Below are positions 14,976 to 29,639 of a DNA stretch of 64,000 bases, one piece after another. A program made the position numbers and the translations under genes. This DNA comes from the human T2T-CHM13v2.0 reference genome, Homo sapiens. The stretch lies in assembly GCF_009914755.1 (NCBI RefSeq), contig NC_060925.1; one strand, written 5' to 3'. The stretch's first letter is position 1. Every line of letters starts with the position of its first letter. The notes below the pieces were generated by a model. It made no database searches. It was not told the origin of the DNA and was given only the letters and a program-made list of their open reading frames with translations.

Positions 14976-15150
14976 CTGCTAGCTCCCCGGCCGCCGCCGC
15001 CGGGCCGTGAGCCCCTCGCCCCGGCCTCGCGGCTCCCTCCGGGGCGCTCTCTGCGCAGCCGGAGCGCGCTCCGAGAGCTTAGCCGAGTGGCGGTGGCGAC
15101 GAGGAGGTGGAAGAACGAGCGAGCGAGCGAGCGAGCGAGCGGGGGCGCCG
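14976..15150 (-). other. Candidate non-coding first exon A (TSS approximate)
   Basis: Donor AGCAG|GTGAGC at 14976/14975 in the most CpG-dense part of the island; no ATG in the exon; (GCTC)n near its 5' end. Confidence 0.65.
15116..15141. repeat. (GAGC)6 / (GCTC)6 tetranucleotide repeat
   Basis: cgagcgagcgagcgagcgagcgagcg. Confidence 0.95.
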
Positions 15151-15474
15151 CGGCTTGCAGTCGCGCCTCTGGAGCCCCTGCACTCTCTCTCCATCCCAGC
15201 GTGGAAGGGGGAGAGACGAGCCGAGAGCGAGGGGTCCCCGCCCCAGCCGCGCCAGCGTGGAGAGGGTAAGGGAGGGGGGTTGTCACAAAGTATCCAGTGT
15301 TTTCTCCCCCATCACCACCACTGGACGCAGCTCCGCCTGGCCTCTCTCATTTTTCTCTAAGATCTACCCTTTTATCCAAGCCTCGAAAACATATGCATAC
15401 CCAAATATATGGAGTGCCAGGAAGGGCGAAACCACGAGGGGAGTCTCCGCGAGGGCATGTTGCCCCCACGCCCC

Positions 15475-15493
15475 TTGGCAGGAGGGGGCGCTC
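15475..15493 (+). promoter_or_regulatory. Candidate CTCF motif
   Basis: TTGGCAGGAGGGGGCGCTC matches the CCASYAGRKGGCRS core with about 2 mismatches. Confidence 0.45.
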
Positions 15494-17637
15494 GCTCCCA
15501 GCCGCCAGTGCAGGTTCGGCGGCTCCTGTTTTGACTGAGGTTTCCCAGGCAAAGTTCGGCAAGTTGGGAGGGAGAAGGCTGGCACGTGTCAAGTTTCCGT
15601 CAGTCCTCAGGAGAGACCCGTGCCCCTGAGAGCACGCAGACCACGGTTAACTCCGGCTTACTCCCCGCGACTCCCCTACTCGGCTCTTAGAATGACTGGG
15701 AGTAAACAATCCTCCGATTCGAAGCTGTGCGGGAGGCGGCTCCAGCGAGTACACAGTCAGTTGCTCCTTGCTTAGGGTCCTAGCTCACAAAGATCCTAGA
15801 AACACCAAGTCGCAGAAAATATTGGGTCATTCTGAAAATTCTTCCACCTTGAGACTAGATTCAACTCCAGAAAATTCCTGTTGTGTGGCATACCTGTCTC
15901 CAGAGGCCTGAAATGCAGGAGAAGAGAGGAGCCTGGTGAATCAAATCAAGTGCATAATATGTAGATTCGCACAGCACACAAACCACCCTGTTGGACCCAG
16001 GTGCAGAAAAGGAAAGCAAGAGGCAGGCAACCCTTCCTTAAAAAGTTTACCGTTACTCTTTTTGGGGCTACACTCCTGTCTTCCAGCTGTATAATAACAA
16101 AGATAATGTGATGGATTTGTGCTTTTCTGTTTTGGGGTGTTTTTTTTTCTCGTAGCTTCTGACACTCACCCATGAAAATTTAATGAAGCATTTAGGGTTG
16201 TTACCTCCAGAGTCAATGGGCTAAAAATATTTAGCCTAATGCACTCCTTGTGGAGCCAGTAGGTCCAGGGCTGGTACATACAAAGTCATCAAGAGACCCT
16301 CCCTTTCTCCACAAAATTCACGACCCATTAAACTTATTCCATAATAACAGCTTCCGTACAAATGGAGACCTGAGCAAACGGAGGCTGTCATGCATCACCT
16401 GAAAAGATAGCAATTTACATAGAGACAAGAACAATTTGTAAGGTCATAGCAGGATGCAATCTTGCAAGAAGAGTTGATCAGATGAAATTTCCAAAAAGGT
16501 GGGAGGGAGGTCCTATCCCTGATACTACTCGGTTTCTACCTACTTCCAGGTGTGACAGATAATCTACGAGTGGGGAGCAGAGAAACTAGCCTAAGTCTCT
16601 ACAAGTTTTCCAAAGTTCTAGAAAGTGGGGACAATTGACACCAGATATGCTTCTACACTGTGTAGGAAGTTCAGGCTTACCAGGCAACTCAATTAAGATT
16701 AACTTCAGTTTCTTCATCTATGAAGACACATCTCAAGAGTCTAAACTCAATACTGAGGAAAGAGGGACAAATCTGAGAAGACATGGTCGAAACAGGGGAA
16801 GGGAGGGTAAAAAACTGTTATGATGGAGGCACAGGTCTAAATTCTCATTGACTGCCAAAAACATTGAAGTTTCTCAATGCTTTGAGGATAGGCTTAGAAC
16901 ATGAAGACCATCTACATGCATCTTAAGGCCCTACTTATAAAACCTGCCGCCTTCACCCACCTTTCACTTCGTTCGGCTTTCTATTGACATTATGATTACA
17001 GACTTTGAAGAGAATTAATGACACTGACTTGGCCAAGTAATGGAAATACAAGACTCTATCTCTGCTCTGTGTTGAATCAAGTCCACCACGGAAACTGGGC
17101 AAATTTCCCTGAAATTCAACAGGGGTAACAAGCAAAGCTTTTCTCAAATCCGGGCATAACATGTAGATACCCACCAATGATCTTTCAAGTTAAACTAAAC
17201 CAAATCTTAAAGGAACATTTTAAGTTGTTGTACTAAACATGTCATGAAATAAGTCACCTAATAATTAGGGGTTTTTTTCTTTTGTTCCTTTTAAAATAAC
17301 AATGTCATTTGTATTAAGTGTGGCATAAGAAAAAAATCTCAGTGAACGTTTCTTTATCATCTACCCCGAGAAACAGTAAAATAAGAACAGCAAAGATGTA
17401 TATATTGTTTATTATGTTTCAGACACAGTTCTGATGCTTTCCATATATTAACTCATTTGACCTTCACAGCAGCCCATTGGGGAAGGCACTCTTATTGTAC
17501 TGGATAGAGTATAGAGTTTGGAATTTAATGAGCTTCATTCATCTTTAACAAGTTACTTCTGTCTACGTCAAAATTCTCAACCCTACAATGGTGGTGGATA
17601 ACACTTGCTTCTTGAGATCGCAGTGAGCCTTAAATGA

Positions 17638-17944
<307 letters not shown>

Positions 17945-18667
17945 TAATATATTGGACATGCCTGGCACTGAATAAATCAGTCACCTGGTAAACATTGATT
18001 CTCTTCCCAGAATAATTCTAAAATAGTTCATTTAAATTTGACAGGCATTTATGGAGTCCATTCTGTATATCAGGCACTGTGGTAGGCATTGGGAATAATG
18101 GTGATAAATCAGAAACATATTCTACCTTTGAGGATCTTGGAGTCAACCTAATAAAAGACACAGGCATGAGCAGCCTGCACATGAGCAAAATGGAGTTTTA
18201 TTGAACTTTACATAATTTATAACTATGCACATGATTTTCAAGATACTCAAAGGAGCAGCCTATGTAAGTGCTGGTTGACCTATCATGGAAATCAAAATCA
18301 AATGTCAGAAATCGTAAGTCCTACTAGCTATTACTACTCCTCCAAAGAAAGGGAAGCAAAGAAGCCCATTTTGTGTATTATATTTTATTTAATTCTGTTT
18401 ATTCCTACAATTGTTTCAATTAGCCAGAGAGTAATAAAATTTTATGCTGTAAACTATGGGCATTTTACTTTTTCTGTAGCTTTATTGAAGTATAATTGAC
18501 AAATAATGCCTCAATATTGTATATATTTAAGATGTACAAGATGATGTTTTGATATACATATACATTGTAAAATAATTAGAACAATTAAGCTAATTAGCAT
18601 ATCCATACCTTCACATAGTTACTAATTTTGTGCATGTGATAAGAACAGTTAAGATCTACGCTCTTAG

Positions 18668-18962
<295 letters not shown>

Positions 18963-19659
18963 GATCTACTCTCTTAGAAAATTTCAAGTACATAGTGCAT
19001 AATTATTAACAATAGTCACCATGCTATACATTAGATCTCCAGAACTTATTTATCATATAACTGAAGGTTTTTACCCTTTAACCAAAATCCCCCCATTTTC
19101 CCCACTGTCTAGCCCTGGACAAACATGATTCTATTCTCAGGTTTTGATGAGTTTGATTGATTTAGATTCCACATACAAATGAGAACATGCAGTATTTGTC
19201 TTTTTATGTCTGGCTTATTTCACTTAACAAAATGTCCCCTAGGTTCATTCATGATGTCGCCAATGGTAGGATTTCCTTCTATTTTAAGACTGAATAATAT
19301 TCCATTGTAGACATATATACCACATTTTCTTTATCCATGCATCTGTTGACAGTCATTAGGGCGGTTCCGTATCTTGGCTATTGTGAACAATTCTGGAATG
19401 AACATGGTAGTGCAGATATCTCCTTGAGATACTAATTTTAATTCCTTCAGATATATACCCAGAAGTGGGATTGCTGGAACATATGGTAGTTCTATTTTTA
19501 GTTTTTGAAGAACTTTCATATTCTGTTCCATAATGGCTATACCAATTTACAGTCCCACCAACAGCGTACAAAGGTTCCCTTATCTCTTCATTTGCACCAA
19601 CACTTCTTACATTTGTCTTTTACAAAAAAAAAAAAAAAAACAACAGCAACCAAAAAAAC

Positions 19660-19968
19660 TGTTTGTTTGTTTTGATTTTTTTTGTTGTTGTTGTTGTTTG
19701 CTTTTTTTTTTTTGAGACAGGGTCTCACTCTGTCACCCATTCTGGAGTGTAGTGGTACCATCATTGCTTAGTTCAGCCTCAAAGTCCTGGATTCAAGGGA
19801 CTCTTCTGCTTCAGCCTCCCAAGTATCTTGGGACTACAGGCAAGTGCCACCATGCCAGGCTAATTTTCAAGAATTTTTGTAAGGACAAGGTCTCCCTATG
19901 TTTTTCACGCTGATTTTCAACTTTTGGCTTCATGCGATCCTCCTGCCTCACCTTCCAAAGTGCTAGGA
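19660..19968 (-). mobile_element. AluJ-like, 5' end missing
   Basis: gagacagggtctcactctgtcaccca..cagcctc..gtcctgg; ends at ccaaagtgctagga. Confidence 0.88.
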
Positions 19969-21141
19969 GTGTGAGGTGATCTCTCGTTATGGTTTTCATT
20001 GCATTTCCTTGATGATTCGTGATATTAAGCAACTTTTTACATGCCTGCTGGCCATTTATATGCCTTCTTTAACAAAAAAAAGTCCATTCAGGTCCTTTGC
20101 CCGTTTTAAAAATAAGGTTGTTTGTTGTCTACTATTGAGTTGTAATGAATTCCTTACATATTTTGAGTATTAACCCCTTATCAGATACATGGCTTGCAAA
20201 TATTTTCTCCCATTCTGTAGGTTGCCTTTTCATTTTTTTGATGGTTTCCTTTGCTATGAAAAAGTTTTGAGTTTGATGTAGCCCCACCTGTCTACTTTCA
20301 CTTTTGTTGCCTATGCTTTTGGTGTCATATCCAAAAAATCATTGTGAAGACCAATGCCAAGGAGCTTTTCCTCTGTGTTTTCTTTTAGGATTTTTATTAT
20401 TGCAAGTCTTCCATCTGTCGTTAATCCATTTTGAGTTGATTTTCATATATGGCATAATATAAGGATTCAATTTCATTCTTTTGCTTGTGGACATGCAGTT
20501 TTCCCAACACCATTTATTGAAAAGACTATCCTTTCCCCTTTATGTATGCTTGGTGACTTTACCAAAGATTAGTTGATGGTATATGGGTGAATTTATTCCT
20601 AGGCCCTCTATTCTGTTTCATTGGTCTATGTGTCAGTTTTCATTCCAGTATCATACTATTTTGATTACTATTGCTTTATAATATACTTTGAAATCAGGTA
20701 GTATGATGCCTCTGGGTTGTAATTATCTTATAAGACTGCTTTATATATTCAAAGTCTTTTGTGGTTCCATATACATTCTAGGATTTTTTTTCTATTTCTG
20801 TGAAAAACGTAATTAGCATTTTATAGGGATTATATTGAATCTATCAATTGCTTTGGATAGTATGGATACTTTAGCAACATTAATTATTCTACTCCATGAG
20901 CATGGGATCGCTTTCTATTCATTTGTATCTTCTTTAATTTCTTTCATCAACATTTCAGTTTTCAACGTGCAGATCTTTCACATCGATAGTTAAATTTACT
21001 CCTAAATATGTTACCCTTTGTGATGATATTGTAAGTGGAATGGAGTTTTTCAAACACAAATTATTACACAGCCCACAATTCATTAAATAGTTTGTAGTAC
21101 TTGCACATGCCAGGCATTTAGGAATGTTTCTATGTACATAA

Positions 21142-21434
<293 letters not shown>

Positions 21435-21629
21435 GTTAATACAATTTTTAATAAAGTACAATAGGAACACTCCTACCAAGCTTAATAGAGATGTAATATG
21501 CTCAAAGTATACGAACACAGAATGTGCACAATTTCAAAGGTTTATAATCCTCTCACTCTCCCTTTTATTAAAGTTCATGCTTATAATCAAATTCTATATT
21601 TTAATAAGAAAGGTCTATCCTTTATTTTA

Positions 21630-21915
21630 AAAATATGTTTACTGATTGTTTACTCTATACCAGGCACAATGTTAGGCATTGGCAGAGAAAGAAAAAAAAA
21701 AAAACTTGTCCTGAAACAACTCATAGCCAAGTGAAGGAAACGCATAATCATGTTACACTGAGATGAACGCTATGACAATGCCAAGTACAGGACGCTAAGG
21801 GAGCATCAAATGGGGCATTTAACCCAAGGTAGCATGTGAAGAGGACTTCATGAAGGAAGTGACATCATCCTGAAAGATAATTGGATAACCAGGTGAAGCA
21901 AGAAAAAGTATTTCA
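21630..21915 (-). mobile_element. L2 fragment
   Basis: tgtttactgattgtttactctataccaggcacaatgttaggcattgg..gaggacttcatgaaggaagtgacat. Confidence 0.65.
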
Positions 21916-22367
21916 GGCCAAAAACAAAAAAAAAAAAAAGAAAAACAAAAAAAAAGAAGACAGAATGTAAAAAGGCAAAAAAGAGATTCCCCTCTGAGGG
22001 TGGCTGTAGTTGACTCTAGAGAAGCATGCATGAACAAATTACAAAATGTCTTATCTGCCACAATCAGAATTTTGAAATTTAGAGTGAAAACAAAAGGATC
22101 CACTTAAAAACACACACACACACAACAGAAAACAAATATTTTGCAAATCTTGTTTTAACTACATTTCAGATACTTCTCTTGTATGCCTTGGACATAAGTA
22201 AAATGTCCAATTGCTGTTTCTCTTCTGAGGTCAAAAAAAGCAATGAAAAAATATTTCTATGCAGCTTCATCACAACAGAACATCTCTTCTTTCATGATAC
22301 CGGCCTTGCTTGATTCCAGCGAAAGGTTGTGTGGCAGCATTACTAAACTTGACTCTGGTTTACAATA

Positions 22368-22379
22368 GCTATAAATAGC
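22368..22379. promoter_or_regulatory. Perfect MEF2 consensus site in non-repetitive DNA
   Basis: GCTATAAATAGC = CTA(W)4TAG. Confidence 0.45.
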
Positions 22380-22623
22380 ACTCCTTTCATTTTTCCAAGG
22401 AGCGGGTAGCGGACAGCAGCAACACTGGCAATTGTATTTATGCCACCAATCTGCTCTCTTTAGCTAAATGCACAGTAGAAACAAAAGTGGAGAGCTAAAG
22501 TGATTGTCAAAGGACTCTTACGTTTCAATACAAACCTCCAATTTTTTTCACTCATAAAGTGGAGCTTAAGGTGATATTAGTGCCTGAAAATAGGAGTAGA
22601 CTAAAAGCTATAAAAAATGGCTG

Positions 22624-22957
<334 letters not shown>

Positions 22958-23029
22958 TCAGCATAGCATATGATATAGCTGCCACATATTTTGTAGCCTC
23001 TATGTTAAAGGTTAAAAGCATGACAGATA

Positions 23030-23540
23030 TGTGTTGTCTGCCTCTCTGGGGCCATTCCTCCTTCTTCTAAAACAACAGCTAGATTTCATTGGGAAACCAG
23101 TCCTCTACCTGGTAATTTTTTTTTTTCTATTTAATTTTGGTAGACCTAAACCAGCTCCAGAGTTGGACAGGTGACTCAGTGCAACACACTTCTTAACTAG
23201 AATTTAGAGATGGTTAGATGGGTAAACTGTGTATCAAAAGATGGACCAACTGGAAAAAAAATGCTTTCCCTTTGTTACTAGACTAGAAATTGGAAAGTTG
23301 TTAAGCCTACAGCTACAGAAACCCATTCCATGAAAAAAGTTTTTTGAAAATTAAGGTAACAAGAAGAGGACTAAGAGGTGGGGAAATTGAGATTTATGAG
23401 GACATTGTTAAAGGATTTTGGTTTAGCCATGCCAGAAGCCAACTTCCATTGTTCCCCAGATTTTTCTGTTATATGAGCCAATATGTCCCCTCTATTATTT
23501 AAGGTAATTCAAGTTGTTGGATTTCTTTTTCACTTTCAAC
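23030..23540 (+). mobile_element. Old MaLR LTR (MLT1K/L-like)
   Basis: 3' end gccatgccagaagcc..ttctgttatatgagccaata..tttaagg..caaccaaaa..ctaatata. Confidence 0.6.
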
Positions 23541-23739
23541 CAAAATTTCTGTCTAATATACCAGATATGCACTTCCTATATATCATTCAATGTAATATGT
23601 AAAGCACTCTAGAAAGATATTTATATTTATACTTGCCTTTGTTCTAAGAAAAACATGAAATTTCATTTTACAAGTTAGAAATAAATTCAGAGAGGTTAAA
23701 TTATTTACCAAAATTACACAGCTGATCAGATAGTTGAAA

Positions 23740-25350
23740 AATGAAAACTTAAAATATCATTTATAATAACACAGAAATACATTGAACAAAAGTTGTGCAA
23801 GCTTTCTGCACCAAAATTTACAAAACTTTGATGAAAACAACTAAAGAAGATCCAAATAAATGGAGAGACATACAATGTTCATGGTTTGAAAAACATTATT
23901 GATTAGATGTCACTTCTCCCAAACTGAAGTATACATTCAGCACAATCCCAATAAAATTCCTAGCACACTTTTTGAAAAAACTGACAAGTAAATTAAAAAA
24001 TATACATGAGAATGCAAAGGGACTTGGAATAGCCAAAACAATCCTGGGAAAGAAGAACAAAGTTAGAAGGTTTATCCTACCTGATTTCAAGACTTACTAG
24101 AAAGCTCTAGTAATCAAAACCTTATGGTAATTGGCAAATGAGACAAAATAGAGAATACAGAAATAGATCAATGCAGTCACTTGATTTTTTTTTGAAAAGT
24201 GACAATGCAGTTCATTGAGGAAAGTCTTTAAAATATGGTACTGAAACAACTGCATAAACATATGGGAAAAAATCAGCATGAAGTTCTTCCTCATATGTAT
24301 ATAGAACAAAATATAAAAGCTAAAATGGTAAAAGTTCTGGAAGAGAACCTTGGAAAGTGTCTTCATGATTTAGAGGTATGCACAGGTTTCTTAGAGAGGA
24401 GACAAAAATCACTGAACATGAGAAAATGCTGAATTGAACTTTATCACAGTTTAGAATATTTGATGATCAAAGAAAACATTAAGAAAGTTAATGGTAAACC
24501 ACAAACTTGGGGAAAATATTCACAACACATATATCTGACAAAGGACTTGAATCCAAAAAAATAAAGAAATTCTTCAAATTAATAGTGAAAAGACAATCTA
24601 ATTAGAATGAACGGAAGACTTTGACAGCTCACCAAAAAAAAAAAAACAAAAAAACTATAAGTAGGTACATGAAGAGATGCTCAATATCACTGATCCAGAG
24701 GAATATGCAAAGAAAACTGTAATAAGACACCACTTCACACTCACTAAGATGGCTAAAATTTAAGCATTTGAAACATTAAATAATTAATGAGGATGTGGAG
24801 CTTTTTATACAATGCTAGTACAAGTATAAAATGGTATCACCTTTTGGAAAATTACCTGGCACTTTCTTATAAAGTTAAACATCCACCTACTCAGGAGTAC
24901 TTGTAGGTATTCCACTTTTAGGTATTTACCCAAGAGAAATAAAACATATATACACACATATACTTGAAAATGTATATCCATTTTATTCATAATAGGTCAA
25001 AACTGGAAACAATCCAAATGTCTACACACAGCACAATGGATACAAAAATTGTACAATATTAATACAGTGGAATATTATTAAGCAAGAAATAAAATACACT
25101 ACTGACATATGCAGCAATATGGACAAATCTTCAAAACATTTTGAGTGAAAAAAGACAAGTCAGACCCCAAAGAGGGTATTATTGTGATTCCATCCACATG
25201 AGGATCAAGAACAGGCAAAATAAATCTACAAGTGAAAGTTGGAATATTAGTTGCCTCAGTGGAGATAGGTTACCTGGAAAGGGGTAGAAGGAACTTTCTG
25301 GGATAATGGAATAAACATATCTTTAATGTAGTGTTGGTTATACAAGCAAA
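23740..25350 (+). mobile_element. L1M (L1MC/ME-like) ORF2 end and 3'UTR; resumes ~27152-27205
   Basis: aaagaagatccaaataaatggagagacatac..cctacctgatttcaagacttac..tccacttttaggtatttacccaagagaaat. Confidence 0.85.
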
Positions 25351-25804
25351 TACAGTTTTGTACCGTTTAACGACAGGGATATGCTCTGAGAAATGCGTCA
25401 TTAGGCAGCTTTGTCATTGTGTGAACATCACAGAGTATACATACACAAACCCAGATGGTATATAGCCTACTACACACCTAGGCTATATGGTATAGCTTAT
25501 TGATTCTAGGCTACAAACCTGTATGCACGTTACTGTATTGAATACTGTAGGCAATTATAATACAATGGTATTTATGTATCTAAACATACAAAATGTACAG
25601 TAAAAATACAATATAAAAGATAAAATATGCTCTACCTATATAGAGCACTTACTATGAATGGAGATTTTAGGACTGGAAATTGCTTGGATGAGTCAGTGAG
25701 TAAGTGGCGAGTGAATGTGAAGGCCTACGACATTACTGTGCACTACTGTAGACTTTATAAACATTTTATATGCAGGCTACATTAAATTCATTTTTTAAGC
25801 TTGA

Positions 25805-26161
<357 letters not shown>

Positions 26162-26669
26162 TAGCTTACTGTAATAACTTTTTTACTTCATAAACTTTTG
26201 AATTTTTTTAACTTTTTGGCTCTTGTAATAACACTTAGCTTAAAACATAAACACATTGTAAAGCTGTATAAACATTTTCCTTATCTTCTTAGTCTATAAG
26301 CTTTTTTCTATTTTTAAATTTTTAATTTTACTTTTTAAACTTGTTTGTTAAAAACAAAGACACAAACACACATATGAGCCTAGGCCTACACAGGGCCCAG
26401 GAGCATCCATATCACTGTCTTCCACCTCCACATCTTGTCCCAGTGGAAGGTCTTCAGGGGCAGTAACATGCATGAGCTGTTATCTCCTATGATAACAATG
26501 TCTTCTTCAGGAATGCCTCTTGAAGGGCCTGCCTAAGGCTGTTTTAAAGGTAACTTTTTTATATAAGTAGAAAGAGTACACTTTAAAATAATGATCAGAG
26601 TATAATAAATATATAGTCCAGAAACATAGTCATTTATTATAAGCATTAAATATTATGTGCTATACATAA

Positions 26670-27003
<334 letters not shown>

Positions 27004-27529
27004 TAGACTTTTATACGACGGACAGCTAGCTCAGTAAGTTTGTTTACACCAGGATCACCACAGACATGTGAGTATGCATTGCAGCACCACATTATAACAA
27101 GAGACATTTTTCAGCTCCGTTACAATCTTATAGGACCATCATCATATGACGGATCAAACTACTCTTAAGAGCTGCGCGTTTCAATATGTCTATTTTGCCT
27201 TAATTTTCAATTATTTCAAAAGAGCAGGCACAGACAAAGTGGGGCAGCTAACCAGCCCCTACAACCCTTGTGGGCACTATTCTATGATCGCTCACCCCAG
27301 ACACTTGTGCTAATAGTGCAAGTCCTGAATAAAATGTTATACCCGTAATATAAACAAGATGTTCTGTGTTGTGCATGACACTGCCAAAGCAATGAATGTC
27401 TAACAAGTACCCTTTAAATTCCATTAATGCGAGAATGGTTACACCAAGATGGATGCACCCTCTACAAAATGGAGACATTGTCCATTGATGAAGTGGATGC
27501 CACCAGAAGGTAAAGAATTTCCTGGCATA

Positions 27530-27837
27530 GGCTGGGTGCGGTGGCTCACGCCTGTAATCCCAGCACTTTGGGAGGCCGAGGCAGGCAGATCATGAGGTCA
27601 GAAGATCAAGACCATCCTGGCTAACATGGTGAACCCCGTCTCTACTAAAAAATACAAAAAATTACCCGGATGTGGTGGCGGCTGCCTGTAGTCCCAGCTA
27701 CTTGGGAGGCTGAGGCAGGAGAATGGTGTGAACCTGGGAGGCGGAGCTTGCAGTGAGCCTAGATCACACCACTGCACTCCAGCACTCCAGCTTGGGTGAC
27801 AGAGCAAGACTCCGTCTCAAAAAAAAAAAAAAAAAAA
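27530..27837 (+). mobile_element. AluY-like
   Basis: gatcaagaccatcctggctaac, ggagcttgcag; TSD aaagaatttcctggca; internal 8-nt duplication gcactcca x2. Confidence 0.95.
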
Positions 27838-29639
27838 GAATTTCCTGGCACAGGAGTTAATGAAAAGATGTTGGATGATGGTTTGGCAGGAATTTGATAG
27901 AGAAATGCAAGCTTCAGATGGTGAAAGTGAATGGGGAAAGGGTAAGACTTTCAACTTCTTCCAAACCTTGATATTCTGTAATTCCTGGAAGAGTTCTTGT
28001 CCACAAGCTGTGAAACCAGAGTCAAATTTCAAATAATTCTCTTCCCTTCTGTCCCAAAGGCCAATGAAGAGGTCACAACTCTATACCAGAAGGTATAGGG
28101 CTACATGATTGAATTCACAGAAAAACCTCACAAGGGAAAAGTCACCACTCTTCCCTTGAAACACAGTGATGCAAATCACACTTTATAAAATATTTTTAAA
28201 ATAAAAAAGAATGTAATTGCTCATTGAATTGTAATATGAATGCAAATTAACTTACTGTAATTATACTGTGCAATTTTCTACTTTAAAAACTTAGAAAATG
28301 GAAGAGACCTGATAAGTAATTTGAACTGTAATTCTTCATTGTGTTCCTTCATTATGCAATGGTTACCATAAGCAATTTGATGTTTTAATGTAAAATGTTT
28401 TTAGTTCATACCTTTACATGGGCAGAACTCAAATGAGACCATTCAATACATACAGATACCCATTCCCCCCAGCCCCCACAAGTGCACTGTAAAAATAATC
28501 ATGATAAAATTAATATAGCACAAGGGAATTTGTGAAGGATTCTTAATATATTTTCATTTTGGAACCGTTATCACATTAAATGTCTCTCTATCCATGCCCC
28601 CAGTATGTTTTTAACAATCAAGGAGTTCCTAACCAAACAGGAGTCAGATGATCACATTCATGGTTTCATGGCAAGACTCTGGCATAGAAGTAAAGAAAAT
28701 GGGCTCCAGCCCCCGCTCTGCCTCTGCCACTAATTAATTGTGTGACCTTCCTTGTTCTGGCCCTCATTTCCCTCATCTGTAAATTATAAGGTTGGGCTAG
28801 GTGGTTTCCAGCTTCCATCCCAGCCCTTACAGATTGCTCTGTAGCCACTCTCTGCTTTGCATTGTTTAAGCAACATGAGTGACAGGAAATGAATTTCTTA
28901 TTTAGAATTAATGACCGTCTGAATGAGGCACAAGCCCTTTAGTTCAGTCAGTCATTCTTTGCTAAAGAATGTCTAACACAAAGATCATCTGAGATGATGC
29001 AAATGTAAAAAAAAAAAAATTACCTGTTTTCCTGCTAATAATAATTTGCATGTGTAGTTCCCTCAGTGTGATTCCTGTTAAATGCAAGGCGTTCATACTG
29101 AGAGCTAGGGATCTCATTAAGTGTACAGTACAGTGAAAATAGGGTGGGTAAGGCTTGGACTCACAAGATAGTGGTTTGTTTTTTTTTCCTATGGCCAATA
29201 ACCATACTGAGCCTCAGGAACTTCATCTTCCTTGGGTGCTGTGGGGGCTAAAACTATAATGAACAAAAGAGCATCTGGTCACTCATATTTGCAAATGTCT
29301 GACTTATTCCTCTCAATAACACCATGAAGTAAGTGCCACTATTATCTCTATTTTCCAGCAAAATAAAGAAGGAGGAGGAGGAGGAAGAGGAGGAGGAGAA
29401 TTAAATAACTTGCTCAGGGTCACAGCCCATGACATCTGTCTGTCCTGTCTATCCAAAGGGATAGTAACATCCCTTTATCTTCTGGAGTCCCATGATAATA
29501 CATTTAGTTCTTTTTTTTCACATGATGTATATGATCTTAGGGAACTATTTCCATCTTTGTGGAACTAACAGTACTATGAACCTCCATTTCCTCAGCTGTG
29601 AAAGGGAAATAAAAGTACCTATATTTTTGCATAGCATAC

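Larger units (their letters stand above)
13030..15750. promoter_or_regulatory. CpG island / promoter of an unidentified gene transcribed on the minus strand
   Basis: Abrupt rise in GC and CpG against CpG-depleted flanks; GC boxes, ETS-like GCGGAAGTG (13452-13460), E-box CACGTG (15583-15588); several splice donors. Confidence 0.92.

Noticed and set aside
15402-15413. CCAAATATATGG as an SRF CArG box
   Set aside because: Eight A/T bases between CC and GG rather than six
13023-15629. Many long overlapping ORFs (up to 206 aa) in the CpG island
   Set aside because: Pro/Arg/Gly/Ala-rich in all six frames, as expected from stop-poor GC-rich DNA; no recognisable domain
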